From the NCBI RefSeq assembly GCF_025165815.1, contig NZ_JAFFZE010000016.1, positions 214,047 through 278,046 on the forward strand: DNA of 64,000 nucleotides. Reading direction: 5' to 3'. Both the position numbers and the translations under genes were made by a program. A model generated the notes under the pieces. That model saw nothing but the letters and a program-made list of their open reading frames with translations, made no database searches and was not told where the DNA came from. This DNA comes from Actinophytocola gossypii. Its GTDB lineage: Bacteria > Actinomycetota > Actinomycetes > Mycobacteriales > Pseudonocardiaceae. Position 1 is the stretch's first letter. Each line of letters starts with the position of its first letter. Of the stretch, positions 19,409-29,100 are shown one piece after another.

Positions 19409-20842
19409 TCAGGCGGCCTGCTGGCCCGCGGTGGCCGCCCGGACGGCGGCGACCAGGTCCGCGCGGCTCGCGCCGGGCAGCTGCGGCGGGGGACCGCCGG
19501 CCAGCGCCCTGCCGACCCGTTCCTTGATCTCGTCGTTGGCGTACAGCTCGGCCGGGGACACCAGCGACATCATCACCTGGGCGACCCGGCGCCAGATCTC
19601 GGCGTCCTTCGTGGACGCTCCGACCACCGCGCCGAAGGTGAGCACGCCGGGCGGCGGCGCCTGCGGGCGCTCGCCGGCGATCGTGGCCGCCCACAGCCCG
19701 CCACGGCCGCGGTCGTTGGCGATCGACTCGCCGAGCCACGGCGCGAGCAGCGCCTTGCTGGCCCCGGCGAACCGCGCGGCCTGCGCGCGGTCCACGGTCG
19801 GGTGCTCGGCGAGCAGGTCGACCAGCTCGAACACGTGCGCCAGCGCCAGCGACACGCCCCGCCCGTACGCCGGGTTGGTCGTGCACACCGAGTCGCCGAG
19901 GCCGTAGAAGCCGACCGGCAGGTCACCGGCCGGATCCGCCAGCCGCGAGCTGTTGTCCAGCCCGCCCATCGCGTACACCGGCGAGGTCGGCTCGGAGTTG
20001 CCCGGCGCGACCCAACCCGCGAGCAGCGGGGTGGCCCGGATCGCCGCGGTGAACGCCTCCTCGGTGCGCAACGCCTTCATCTCCTTGTCGTCCGGCAGCA
20101 CGCCGAGCGAGATGGAGAAGGTGTCGTTGTCCCCGAGGAACAGCACCGCGGTGTAGCTGTCCCACAGCCCGCCCGCGCCGAACCCGCGGTTCAGCGGGCC
20201 GGGCGGCGCCGGGGTGAGCCGGCGGTAGTAGCGGGTGTAGTACGTGATCCGGCAGCTCTCGCTGGTCTGCTCCGGCACCGGCAGACCGGCCGCGTCCAGC
20301 CACTGCGGCGCGGCGGTCTTCCGGCCGCTGGTGTCCAGCACCAGGTCGGCGGTCAGCTCGGTGCCGTCGGCCAGCCGCACGCCGCGGACCGGGCCGCCGT
20401 CGGTGAGCAGGCCGCGGACCGTGGCGCCGGTACGCACCGACACCCCGGGCCGGGACAGCGCCCGCTCCCGCAGCACGAACTCGAACACCGAGCGCCGCGC
20501 GGTGATCATGTTCAGCTCGTCGTCCTCGGGCTTGCGCTCGAAGTCGCCGAGCGTCGGCGGCGGGTAGTCGGCCAGGTTGAGCGTGCCCGCGCCGGCCGCG
20601 AGCAACGCCTCGTACACGTCCGGGAGCCGGTCGCGCAGCAGGTTGGTGCCGCGCGAGCCGAAGGCGTGCGAGTGCGCCGCCTGCGGCACGGTCGGCCGGG
20701 CCCAGCCGTCCGCCGCGTCGTCCAGTGTGGACGGCGGGGCGGCGGATTCTCGTTCGACCAGCAGCACCTCGTGACCGGCGTCGGCCAGCGCGGCCGCGGC
20801 GGCCAGGCCGGTGACGCTCGCTCCGACAGCGATGATCCTCAT
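19409..20842 (-). CDS. FAD-dependent oxidoreductase / monooxygenase
   Basis: Start set at the internal ATG giving MRIIAVGASVTGLAAAAALADAGHEVLLVERE (dinucleotide-binding GxGxxG). The track ORF N-terminal extension is Arg-rich non-coding read-through. Confidence 0.75.
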   Translation of the reverse strand: MRIIAVGASVTGLAAAAALADAGHEVLLVERESAAPPSTLDDAADGWARPTVPQAAHSHAFGSRGTNLLRDRLPDVYEALLAAGAGTLNLADYPPPTLGDFERKPEDDELNMITARRSVFEFVLRERALSRPGVSVRTGATVRGLLTDGGPVRGVRLADGTELTADLVLDTSGRKTAAPQWLDAAGLPVPEQTSESCRITYYTRYYRRLTPAPPGPLNRGFGAGGLWDSYTAVLFLGDNDTFSISLGVLPDDKEMKALRTEEAFTAAIRATPLLAGWVAPGNSEPTSPVYAMGGLDNSSRLADPAGDLPVGFYGLGDSVCTTNPAYGRGVSLALAHVFELVDLLAEHPTVDRAQAARFAGASKALLAPWLGESIANDRGRGGLWAATIAGERPQAPPPGVLTFGAVVGASTKDAEIWRRVAQVMMSLVSPAELYANDEIKERVGRALAGGPPPQLPGASRADLVAAVRAATAGQQAA

Positions 20843-20847
20843 CCGGC

Positions 20848-21249
20848 TCACGCGTTCCAGAACTCGTCGACGGCGTACACGTCGTTCGGGTAGGTCCAGA
20901 ACTCCTTGATCTTCCCGTCGACGATCCGCGCCACGTTGATGAACGGCATCTCCAGCACGCGGCCCTTGCGCTCGTACCGGGTGTGCAGGATGGCGAACGC
21001 GTGGTTGTCGCTGCCGCCGATCTCCAGCACGTCCATCCGCATGTTGCCGTTCGTCAGCTCCCACATCTTGTTGGCGAACGCGGTGGAGTCCTTGATGCCG
21101 ACGTGCTCACCGGACAGCGGGCTGCGCCCCGGGTAGTGGTGCACCGAGTCCTCGTGCCAGTAGGTGGCGGCGGTCTCGACGTCGCCGACACCGAACGAGG
21201 CGTAGACCTTCTCCATCAGCTGGACGTTGGGGTGGTCCGACATTGTCAA
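20848..21249 (-). CDS. SnoaL-like polyketide cyclase / NTF2-like domain protein
   Basis: 133 aa, ketosteroid-isomerase/SnoaL-like pattern (YASFGVGDVETAATYWHEDSVHHYPG ... FINVARIVDGKIKEFW). Confidence 0.7.
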   Translation of the reverse strand: MTMSDHPNVQLMEKVYASFGVGDVETAATYWHEDSVHHYPGRSPLSGEHVGIKDSTAFANKMWELTNGNMRMDVLEIGGSDNHAFAILHTRYERKGRVLEMPFINVARIVDGKIKEFWTYPNDVYAVDEFWNA

Positions 21250-21253
21250 CTCC

Positions 21254-22285
21254 TCAGGATGCCTTGCTGGTTACCGAACTCGGGAGGGTGGAACGAACCG
21301 CGTCGACGATCTTGTCGGCGTTGGGCGGGAACGCGTCCTCCAGCGCCGGGCTGAACGGCACCGGGGCGTGCGGACCGGTGACCGTGCGCACCGCGGCCGA
21401 CAGCGAGGAGAACCGGTTCTCCGCGACCGTGCCGGCGATGTCGGTGGCCACCGAGCAGCGCGGGTTGGACTCGTCGACCACCACGAGCCGGCTGGTCTTC
21501 TCCACGCTCGCGTAGACCGTGTCGAAGTCGAAGGGGGACAGCGTGCGCGGGTCGACGACCTCGGCCCGCACGCCCTCGGCCTCGAGCCGCTCGGCCGCGG
21601 CCAGTGCCTCGTTCACCATCCGCCCGATCGCGACGATGGTGACGTCGTCGCCCTCGCGCACGACCTTCGCCTGGCCGAGCGGGATCGTGTACCGCTCCTC
21701 GGGGACCACCGCGCGGCTGCCGAAGTACAGCAGCTTGTGCTCGAAGAAGATCACCGGGTCGTCGTCCTGGATGGACGCGGCCAGCAGGCCCTTGGCGTCG
21801 ACCGGGTTGGACGGCGCGACCACCTTCAGCCCGGGGATGTGGGTGAACAGCGAGTACAGCGCCTGCGAGTGCTGGGCGCCGCGGCGCATCCCGGTACCCC
21901 ACATGCAGCGCAGCACCATCGGCACGGCCGCCTTGCCGCCGACCATGTACCGCAGCTTGGCGGCCTGGTTGAGGATCTGGTCGAAGCAGACCCCGGCGAA
22001 GTCGACGAACAGCAGGTCGGCCACCGGACGCAGCCCGGTCGCCGCGGCCCCGACCGCGGCGCCGACGAACGCGGACTCGGTGATCGGCGCGTCCAGGATC
22101 CGGTCCGGGAACTGGTTGTGCAGTCCGCGGGTCGGGCCCCAGGCGTGGCCCATGGTGCCGTCGCAGCCGTGCCCACCGACGGCGTCCTCGCCGAACACGA
22201 CCACCGACGGGTCGGCGGCCAGCTCCTGCGCGAGCGCCTCGTTCAGTGCATCCAGGTAGGACAGCACCCGTTGCGGCTGAGTCAT
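21254..22285 (-). CDS. ThDP-dependent 2-oxoacid dehydrogenase E1 component, beta subunit (transketolase-like Pyr and C-terminal domains)
   Basis: Typical E1-beta sequence (LNEALAQEL, VVFGEDAVGGHG, HSQALYSLFTHIPGLKVV). Start at the internal ATG (MTQPQ). Stop is 5 nt after the E1-alpha stop, giving an alpha-then-beta operon. Confidence 0.85.
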   Translation of the reverse strand: MTQPQRVLSYLDALNEALAQELAADPSVVVFGEDAVGGHGCDGTMGHAWGPTRGLHNQFPDRILDAPITESAFVGAAVGAAATGLRPVADLLFVDFAGVCFDQILNQAAKLRYMVGGKAAVPMVLRCMWGTGMRRGAQHSQALYSLFTHIPGLKVVAPSNPVDAKGLLAASIQDDDPVIFFEHKLLYFGSRAVVPEERYTIPLGQAKVVREGDDVTIVAIGRMVNEALAAAERLEAEGVRAEVVDPRTLSPFDFDTVYASVEKTSRLVVVDESNPRCSVATDIAGTVAENRFSSLSAAVRTVTGPHAPVPFSPALEDAFPPNADKIVDAVRSTLPSSVTSKAS

Positions 22286-22309
22286 CTCTTTCCTCTCCCT
22301 CAAGTGCTG

Positions 22310-23284
22310 TCAGTAGGACACGTAGACGTCGGTGAGCAGCTCGGCGGCCTCCGGGGCGGGCGCGGCCTTCGCCTCGGCGACCGCGACCTCGACGGCCGCC
22401 TCGACCGTCACGTCGACCCCGTTGACGTCCTCGGTGGACAGTCCGGCGGCGGCGGTGAACCGGACCAGGCAGTCCTCGGCGCGCAGCCGGTCGACCTCGC
22501 CCTCGCCGCGGTAGCCCTGCTGGTCGAAGCCCTCCATGTGCCCGAAGAACCGGCCGGCCTTGCACTCGATGAACGAGGGTCCGCCGCCCGAGCGGGCACG
22601 CTCCACCGCGGCGTCCGCGGCCGCGCGCACCGCGAGGTAGTCGGTGCCGTCCACGATGGCGGCCGGCATGCCGAACGCCTCCGCGCGGCGGGCGACGTCC
22701 AGCCCACGCAGGTGGTAGCGGGTGCCGGTGGCCTGCGCGTACCCGTTGTCCTCCACGACGAACACGACCGGGAGCTGCCAGACCGTGGCCAGGTTCAGGC
22801 TCTCGGCGAAGGAGCCCTGGTTGGCCGCGCCGTCCCCGACGAAGGCGACCGAGACGTGCCGCTTGCCCAGGATCTTCGCGGTCAGCGCCGACCCGCAGGC
22901 CAGCGGTGCGCCGCCGGCCGCGACCCCGTTCGCGCCGAGCATCCCGCGCTCGAAGTCGGCGATGTGCATCGAGCCGCCCTTGCCGTTGCAGGAGCCGCCG
23001 GCCTTGCCGTACAGCTCGCGCATCATGGCGCCGATGTCGCAGCCCTTGGCGATCGCGTGACCGTGGCCGCGGTGGGTGCTGGCGATGTAGTCGCCCTCGA
23101 CGAGCGCGCCGCACACGCCGGCGGCGACCGCCTCCTGGCCGGCGTAGAGGTGCACCGCCCCGGGCAGCTCACCGGAGCCGAACTCGGCGTGGACCCGCTC
23201 CTCGAACGCCCGAATGGTCCGCATCACCCGGTACGCCTCGATCAGTTCCTCGCGGCCGAGCGTGCCGGCGGATTCTGTGGCCAT
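22310..23284 (-). CDS. ThDP-dependent 2-oxoacid dehydrogenase E1 component, alpha subunit
   Basis: Only the C-terminal 324 aa of track ORF 22310..24277 is coding. ThDP motif GDGAANQG...N; YRxHGH-like region (STHRGHGHAIAKG). Confidence 0.85.
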   Translation of the reverse strand: MATESAGTLGREELIEAYRVMRTIRAFEERVHAEFGSGELPGAVHLYAGQEAVAAGVCGALVEGDYIASTHRGHGHAIAKGCDIGAMMRELYGKAGGSCNGKGGSMHIADFERGMLGANGVAAGGAPLACGSALTAKILGKRHVSVAFVGDGAANQGSFAESLNLATVWQLPVVFVVEDNGYAQATGTRYHLRGLDVARRAEAFGMPAAIVDGTDYLAVRAAADAAVERARSGGGPSFIECKAGRFFGHMEGFDQQGYRGEGEVDRLRAEDCLVRFTAAAGLSTEDVNGVDVTVEAAVEVAVAEAKAAPAPEAAELLTDVYVSY

Positions 23285-23410
23285 GAGACGGTTCCTTTCC
23301 ACATGATTGCCTGCGGTGGAAGCTAGGGCGATTTGCGCAATTACCCCTCGAAGGTCGAGCAACGCACCCCCGTACGCTGGGCTGACGCGACACTGATGAG
23401 GAGGCGCACC

Positions 23411-24565
23411 GTGCGGGATTCCCGGATCGAGACGATGGCCGTGCACGCCGGCGAGCGGTCGCCGGGACCGGACAACTCGGTGGTGTTCCCGATCTACCAG
23501 GGCACGGTGTTCCGCTCCGAGCCCGGCGAGAGCTACCACGACATCCAGTACCTGCGGCTGAACTCGACCCCGTCGCAGGCGTACCTGCACGACAAGCTGG
23601 CCGCGCTGGAGGGAGCGGAGGACGCGGTGGCCACGGCGTCCGGCATGGCCGCGGTGACCACGACCCTGCACGCGCTGCTCAAGGCCGGCGACCACCTGCT
23701 GGTGGGTGACGTGCTGTACGGCGGCACCCACGGGTTCCTCACCGCGCACGCCGAACGACTGGGCTGGACGTACACGTTCGTCGACCCGCACGACCCGGCG
23801 TCCTGGGCGGCCGCTCGCCGGCCGGAGACGAAGGCGTTCCTGGTCGAGACGATCACGAACCCGCTGATGCGGGTGGGGGCGTTGACCGAGGTGGTGTCGT
23901 TCGCGCGGGCGGAGGGCCTGGTCAGCGTGGTCGACAACACGTTCGCGAGCCCGGTCAACTTCCGCCCGCTGGCGGCCGGGTTCGACCTGGTCTTCCACAG
24001 CGCGACGAAGTACCTGAACGGTCACTCCGACCTGGTCGCCGGTGCCGTCGCGGGCTCCGCGGAGCTGGTCGGCCGGATCCGCGAGACCCTGAACATCTAC
24101 GGCGGCAGCCTGGACCCGCACGCCGGGTTCCTGCTGGCCAGGGGTCTGAAGACGCTCGCATTGCGGGTCCGGGCGCAGAACGCGAACGCGATGGCGCTGG
24201 CCGAGTTCCTGGCCGGGCGGGACGAGGTGTCGGTGGTGAACTACCCGGGCCTCGGCGACCACCCCGACCACGCGCACGCGAAGGCCCTGCTGTCCGGCTT
24301 CGGCGGCATGCTGAGCTTCCGCCTGGCCGGCGGCGTGCCGGCCGCGGAGTCGTTCCTGTCGGCGCTGCGCCTGCCGGCGGTGGCCCCTTCCCTGGGTGGG
24401 GTCGAGTCGCTGGTCACCCGCCCGGCGCTGACCTCACACGCGGGCATGACCCCCGAGGCCCGCGCCGCCGCCGGCGTGCACGACGACCTGATCCGACTCA
24501 GCTGCGGCATCGAGCACGCGGACGACCTCATCGAGGACGTGTCCGGGGCGCTGGCGAACCGGTGA
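23411..24565 (+). CDS. Cys/Met-metabolism PLP-dependent enzyme (cystathionine gamma-synthase/gamma-lyase/methionine gamma-lyase family)
   Basis: AVHAGE N-terminus; PLP-lysine motif SATKYLNGHSD. Start chosen at the GTG six nt after GAGGAGG. Alternative ATGs at 23396 and 23435. Confidence 0.8.
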   Translation: MRDSRIETMAVHAGERSPGPDNSVVFPIYQGTVFRSEPGESYHDIQYLRLNSTPSQAYLHDKLAALEGAEDAVATASGMAAVTTTLHALLKAGDHLLVGDVLYGGTHGFLTAHAERLGWTYTFVDPHDPASWAAARRPETKAFLVETITNPLMRVGALTEVVSFARAEGLVSVVDNTFASPVNFRPLAAGFDLVFHSATKYLNGHSDLVAGAVAGSAELVGRIRETLNIYGGSLDPHAGFLLARGLKTLALRVRAQNANAMALAEFLAGRDEVSVVNYPGLGDHPDHAHAKALLSGFGGMLSFRLAGGVPAAESFLSALRLPAVAPSLGGVESLVTRPALTSHAGMTPEARAAAGVHDDLIRLSCGIEHADDLIEDVSGALANR

Positions 24566-24704
24566 GGCGGGGCGGCGAGAGCCGCAGCCACAGGGCGTTG
24601 CGCAGCACCTGCCAACTCGCCCCCCGGTCGAGCACCGTGCGGCGGATGTCGACTCCGAGCCCGTGCAGTGCCTGCGGCGAGTGTGGGACGCGCGGGCCGG
24701 GTGC

Positions 24705-25943
24705 TCACCGCGTCGCCGGTCCGGACGCGGGATCCGGCACCCGTGCGTGTGGGGACGACCGGGGGAGCCACAGCGCCAGCGCGCCCGCGGCGAGCAGCAG
24801 CAGCCCCGCGACGGTCAGGGAGTTCGACTCGAGCTGCCCGCCCAGCGTGGTCGGGGTGTGTCGGACCCACGGTTCGACCCAGGTGTAGGGCGCGACGAAG
24901 GACGCGGCCGCGGCGAGCAGCACCGCGACGCCCCACGTCCGGGACCGGGTGCGCACGACGAGCGCGGTCAGCACCACGAACACCGGCACCAGCCAGACCC
25001 AGTGGTAGGCCCACGAGATCGGGGAGACCAGGAGAGCGACCACCCCGACCAGCACCGCCCCCTCGCGGACGAGCCCGCGCCGGTGCAGCCCGACGCACAC
25101 GGCGAGCCCGCCGACGAGCACGACCAGGGCGACGGCCAGCCAGGACACGAACACGTCTGGGTCGTGCAGCAGCCTGGCCATCATGCCGCGCAGGTTCTGG
25201 TTGAGGGAGATGCCGGGGTCCTGGTGGATCCGGTCGGTGTCCCAGGCGTGGCCGGTCCAGTAGCTCCAAGCCGCCCCCGGCATGACCGCGAACCCGACGG
25301 CGACGGTCACCGCGAACGACGCGACCGCCGTCCACGCCTCCCGGAACCGGTGGGTGAGCAGGAAGTAGAGGATGAACAGGCCGGGCGTGAGCTTGATGCC
25401 GGCCGCGACGCCGATCATGACGCCGCGCCCGCGCGCCCCGTCACGCCGGCACAGGTCCGCGACGATCAGCAGCGCGAGGAACATGTTGACCTGACCGGAC
25501 CACAGCTCCTGCCAGCCCGGGTCGAACACGACGAACGCACCGGCGGCGGCGAGCCCGACCCCGAGCCGCACCCGGACCCGCCGGACACCGACCCACCCGG
25601 TGGTGAGCCAGACGGCACCCTGGAGGGCGAGGAAGATCCCGGTGAACCAGACGATCCGCACGGCCTCCAGGGACAGCAGCGACAGCGGGGCGAGCAGCAA
25701 CCCGGCGAAGGGCGGGTAGACGAGGCTGAGCTCGCGCTGCGGGAGCCAGAACAGGTACGGGTTGTCCCCGTTCCACACGGCGGTACCGCTGGCATGGAAG
25801 ACCTGCAGGTCGAACGTGGTCCATGGCCCGCCCTCCACCAGCCGCCGGGCCAGGAGTGCCAGTGCGACCGACCAGCCGAGCGCGCCGAGCACGATGAGCG
25901 CGGACCGCCAGCCGGCGGGTCTGATGGGAGTCCGAACGTCCAT
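24705..25943 (-). CDS. polytopic membrane glycosyltransferase, GT87/DUF2029 family (mannosyl/arabinosyl-transferase-like)
   Basis: 412 aa with about 10 TM helices. Resembles actinobacterial alpha-(1,2)-mannosyltransferase / DUF2029 proteins. Confidence 0.65.
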   Translation of the reverse strand: MDVRTPIRPAGWRSALIVLGALGWSVALALLARRLVEGGPWTTFDLQVFHASGTAVWNGDNPYLFWLPQRELSLVYPPFAGLLLAPLSLLSLEAVRIVWFTGIFLALQGAVWLTTGWVGVRRVRVRLGVGLAAAGAFVVFDPGWQELWSGQVNMFLALLIVADLCRRDGARGRGVMIGVAAGIKLTPGLFILYFLLTHRFREAWTAVASFAVTVAVGFAVMPGAAWSYWTGHAWDTDRIHQDPGISLNQNLRGMMARLLHDPDVFVSWLAVALVVLVGGLAVCVGLHRRGLVREGAVLVGVVALLVSPISWAYHWVWLVPVFVVLTALVVRTRSRTWGVAVLLAAAASFVAPYTWVEPWVRHTPTTLGGQLESNSLTVAGLLLLAAGALALWLPRSSPHARVPDPASGPATR

Positions 25944-26112
25944 GACGCCGCCCTCGGATGGCTGTCGACCGAACCGGCCGAGCCGAAACTTTTTCGGCTT
26001 TCATCGAGGGTCCGGGAGACAGGTCCCTCGGACATGAGTCCGAGGTCCCGGCGGCGTGGGAATGCCCGTAACGATCCGGACGGGCGGCGTCAGGCCTGGC
26101 GGCGGTCTCGGG

Positions 26113-29100
26113 TCAGGTCGGCTCCCGGTTCACGGCTCGGGTGATCGCGGACTCCACCGCGGCCACCCGGTCGGCGAGCAGGCCGACGGCGCCGATCGCC
26201 CTGGTCATGGGGTCTTCGGCGGTGCCGCCGAGGGCCTTGTCGCGGAGGTAGGCGGCCTTGACGTCGGACCAGCGGGCGGCCTGCTCCTCGGTCAGCCGGC
26301 CGCGGAGTTCGGCGAGCTTGAGCAGGTTGGCCTCCGCGCCGGCGGTGAGGGTCTGGGCCTCGCCGAGGTAGTGATCGTCGATCATCGACTCCAGTTCGGC
26401 GTCGTTCATCACCGGGACGATGCGTTCGGCCAGCTTGTTCATGTTGCGGTACGAGCCCTGCAGCAGGAACGGTGGCTCGGTGCGGGACGCGTCGGCCTGG
26501 GCCGCTGACGCGATGTACGCCTTGTTGTTCGCCAGCACCACCTGTTGGACCCGCAGCAGCTTGCGCAGCACCGACAGCACCTGCTCCAGCTCGACCGACG
26601 AGTACGGGTGCGTCAGCGAATCCGCGCGCACCGACTCGTCGCCGCGGGCGAGGCGGACCAGCAGCTCGATGTCCGAGCGCTCCCGTGTGGACAGTGGCGC
26701 CAGGACCTCGTTGGACGTCAACGAGTTCTCGATGTAGCTCAGCGCGAACAGCTCGTCCTTCCCGGACAGCACGTCACCGAGGTTCCACACGTCGGCGCGG
26801 TTGGCGAGCATGTCCGGGATACGGAACCGCTTGCCCTGCTCGGTGTACGGGTTGCCGGCCATGCACACCGCGAACCGCTTGCCGCGCAGGTCGTAGGTGC
26901 GGGTCCGGCCGCGCCACACGCCCTCCATCCGGCGCTGGGCGTCGCACAGGCTGATGAACTTCTGCAGCAGCTCGGGGTTGGTGTGCTGGATGTCGTCCAG
27001 GTACAGCAGCACGTTGTTCCCCAGCTCCAGCGCGAAGCTGATCTTCTCGACCTCCTGCCGCGCGGTCGCGTTGGGCGCGTCGGCCGGGTCCAGCGAGGTC
27101 ACGTCGTGGCCGAGTGCGGGACCGTTGACCTTGACGAACACCAGGCCGAGGCGGTTCGCCACGTACTCCATCAGCGTGGTCTTGCCGTAGCCGGGCGGGG
27201 AGATCAGCAGCAGCAGGCCCATCTGGTCGGTCCGCTTGCCCTCGCCGGTCGCACCGAGCTGCTTGGCCAGGTTGTCGCCGATCAGCGGCAGGTACACCTC
27301 GTCCAGCAGCCGGTTGCGCACGAACGCGCTCATCACCGTCGGGCGGAACTCGTCCAGGCGCAGCCGGGCGCGCTCGCGGGCGACCAGGTCGTTGCGCCGG
27401 CGCTGGTACGCCCGGTAGGCCGGCACCGTCTCGTCGCGGAACCGGCGGGTGCGGGTGAGCAGCTCGTCGACCCGGACCTCCAGCCCGCGGTCGACGATCC
27501 TCGGGTGCGCGCCGAGCAGGGACTCCACTGTGGACGACAACGGCGCCGACGAGTCGTGTCGGGGCAACGTCGAGCCGCACAGCTCGATCGCCACCGCCTC
27601 GGGAAGGTCGTCGGGTCGACCGTCCACTGTGGGCAGGAAGGCGGCCAGCCAGGCGTGGGCCAGCTGGTGCCGTGCCGCGAGGTCGTCGCCGAGGGCGCGC
27701 AGGTCGTCGTCGAAGTCGGTGCGGTCGCCGAGCGCGCGGCGGAACCGTTCCACCAGGGTGCGGGCGGCGGCGCTGGTGACGAACCCGAGCGGGGTCGACG
27801 CCAGCTCCTCGACCAGGTACTCGGCCGCCAGCGCGGGTGGCTCGCCGAGGCCGGTGGCGCGGTGGAACTCGGCCATCGCCGCCGCCAGTTCGGTGCACAG
27901 GTCGGCGATCGCGGGTACCGGGCCGAACGCCGACCGGGCCCTGGCCAGCGAACCGGCGCGGGTGGACCAGCGCTGCCTTGCCGGCTCGTCGGTGCCGAAC
28001 GCCCAGAACAGCTGGGCCGCGGCCCGCGCGTCCGGCGGGTACCGCAGCAGCCCGGCCCCGGCGGACAGGCGCAGCAACGTCGCCAGGATCGCGGCCGCGT
28101 CGTGGTCGTGCACGCCGCGCTCGTAGCCCTCGTCGTAGCGGGCCTCGGCGGCGGCGCGGACCAGGTCGAGCAGGTCGTCGGGCGGGGTGTCGGGCGGCAC
28201 GTCGGCGAGCATGCTCGCGGCCAGGTACTCCGCCCGGTACACCTCCGCCGACTCCGAGACCAGCGACTGGTCCCAGAACGGGCGGGTGGCGGCGAACTCC
28301 GGGTCGGCCAGCGGCTCGCGGAAGTCCGTGCCGGTGACCGCGAGCGCCATCTCGCCGTCCTTGGGCACCAGCGTGAGGTCGACGGCCTGGGTGTTGACCG
28401 CGAACCGGTGCCGGCCGAACCGGACGGTCTCGCCGCCGTCACCGAACAGGTCCGCGCGGTCGCGCAGGGACCGGCCCGCCTCCTGCCGGGCGGCCTTGAG
28501 CCGGCCGGCCAACTCCTCCGCGCGCACCGAGTCGTCCAGCGTGCGCAACTCGTCGGCCACGGCGCGGACCTTGGCGACCATCGGGTCGGAGGCGAAGTAG
28601 GTGTTCACCTCGTCCACCGAGGACAGCGTGGCGACCCGGCGATTGACGCTGGTGAGCACCCGCTCGGCGGAGTCCACCAGCCGGTCCGCGCGCCGGGCCT
28701 GCTCGTCCACCAGCGACTGCTTGCGTGAGGAGAACGCCTCGTAGACCTCGGTGCGCTTCTCGGCGAGCTCGGCGAGGAAGTCGTCGAACTCGGCGAACCG
28801 GGACTCCAGGTTCTCCAGCCGGAGCAGCAGCGTGCCCAGCCCGTCGTCGCAGCGGCGAGGGGTGTCGGCGACCGCGAGCGCGCCGGTGATCGCCTGCCCG
28901 AGCAGCGCGAACTCGGCGGCGAACGCGGCCCTGCCCTCGGTGGACAGCAGCTCCCGGCGCCGGCCGTCCAGCGTGGCGCGGGCCCGGTTGACGCCGCCGA
29001 GCACCTCGCCGATCCGCTCCAGGATCCCGGTGCGCACGGTCGCGTCGGCGATCTCCAGCCCGCCGACGACCTCGGTGACGATCTCCAGTGCCGCCGCCTG

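Noticed and set aside
22310-24277. 655-aa track ORF apparently fusing an N-terminal Arg-rich region to the E1 alpha subunit (same issue for 1805..3646, 19409..21064, 55509..57227, 44333..46414, 45667..46857)
   Set aside because: Only the C-terminal portions have homology and sensible start codons. Upstream in-frame sequence is low-complexity read-through of neighbouring genes on the other strand.
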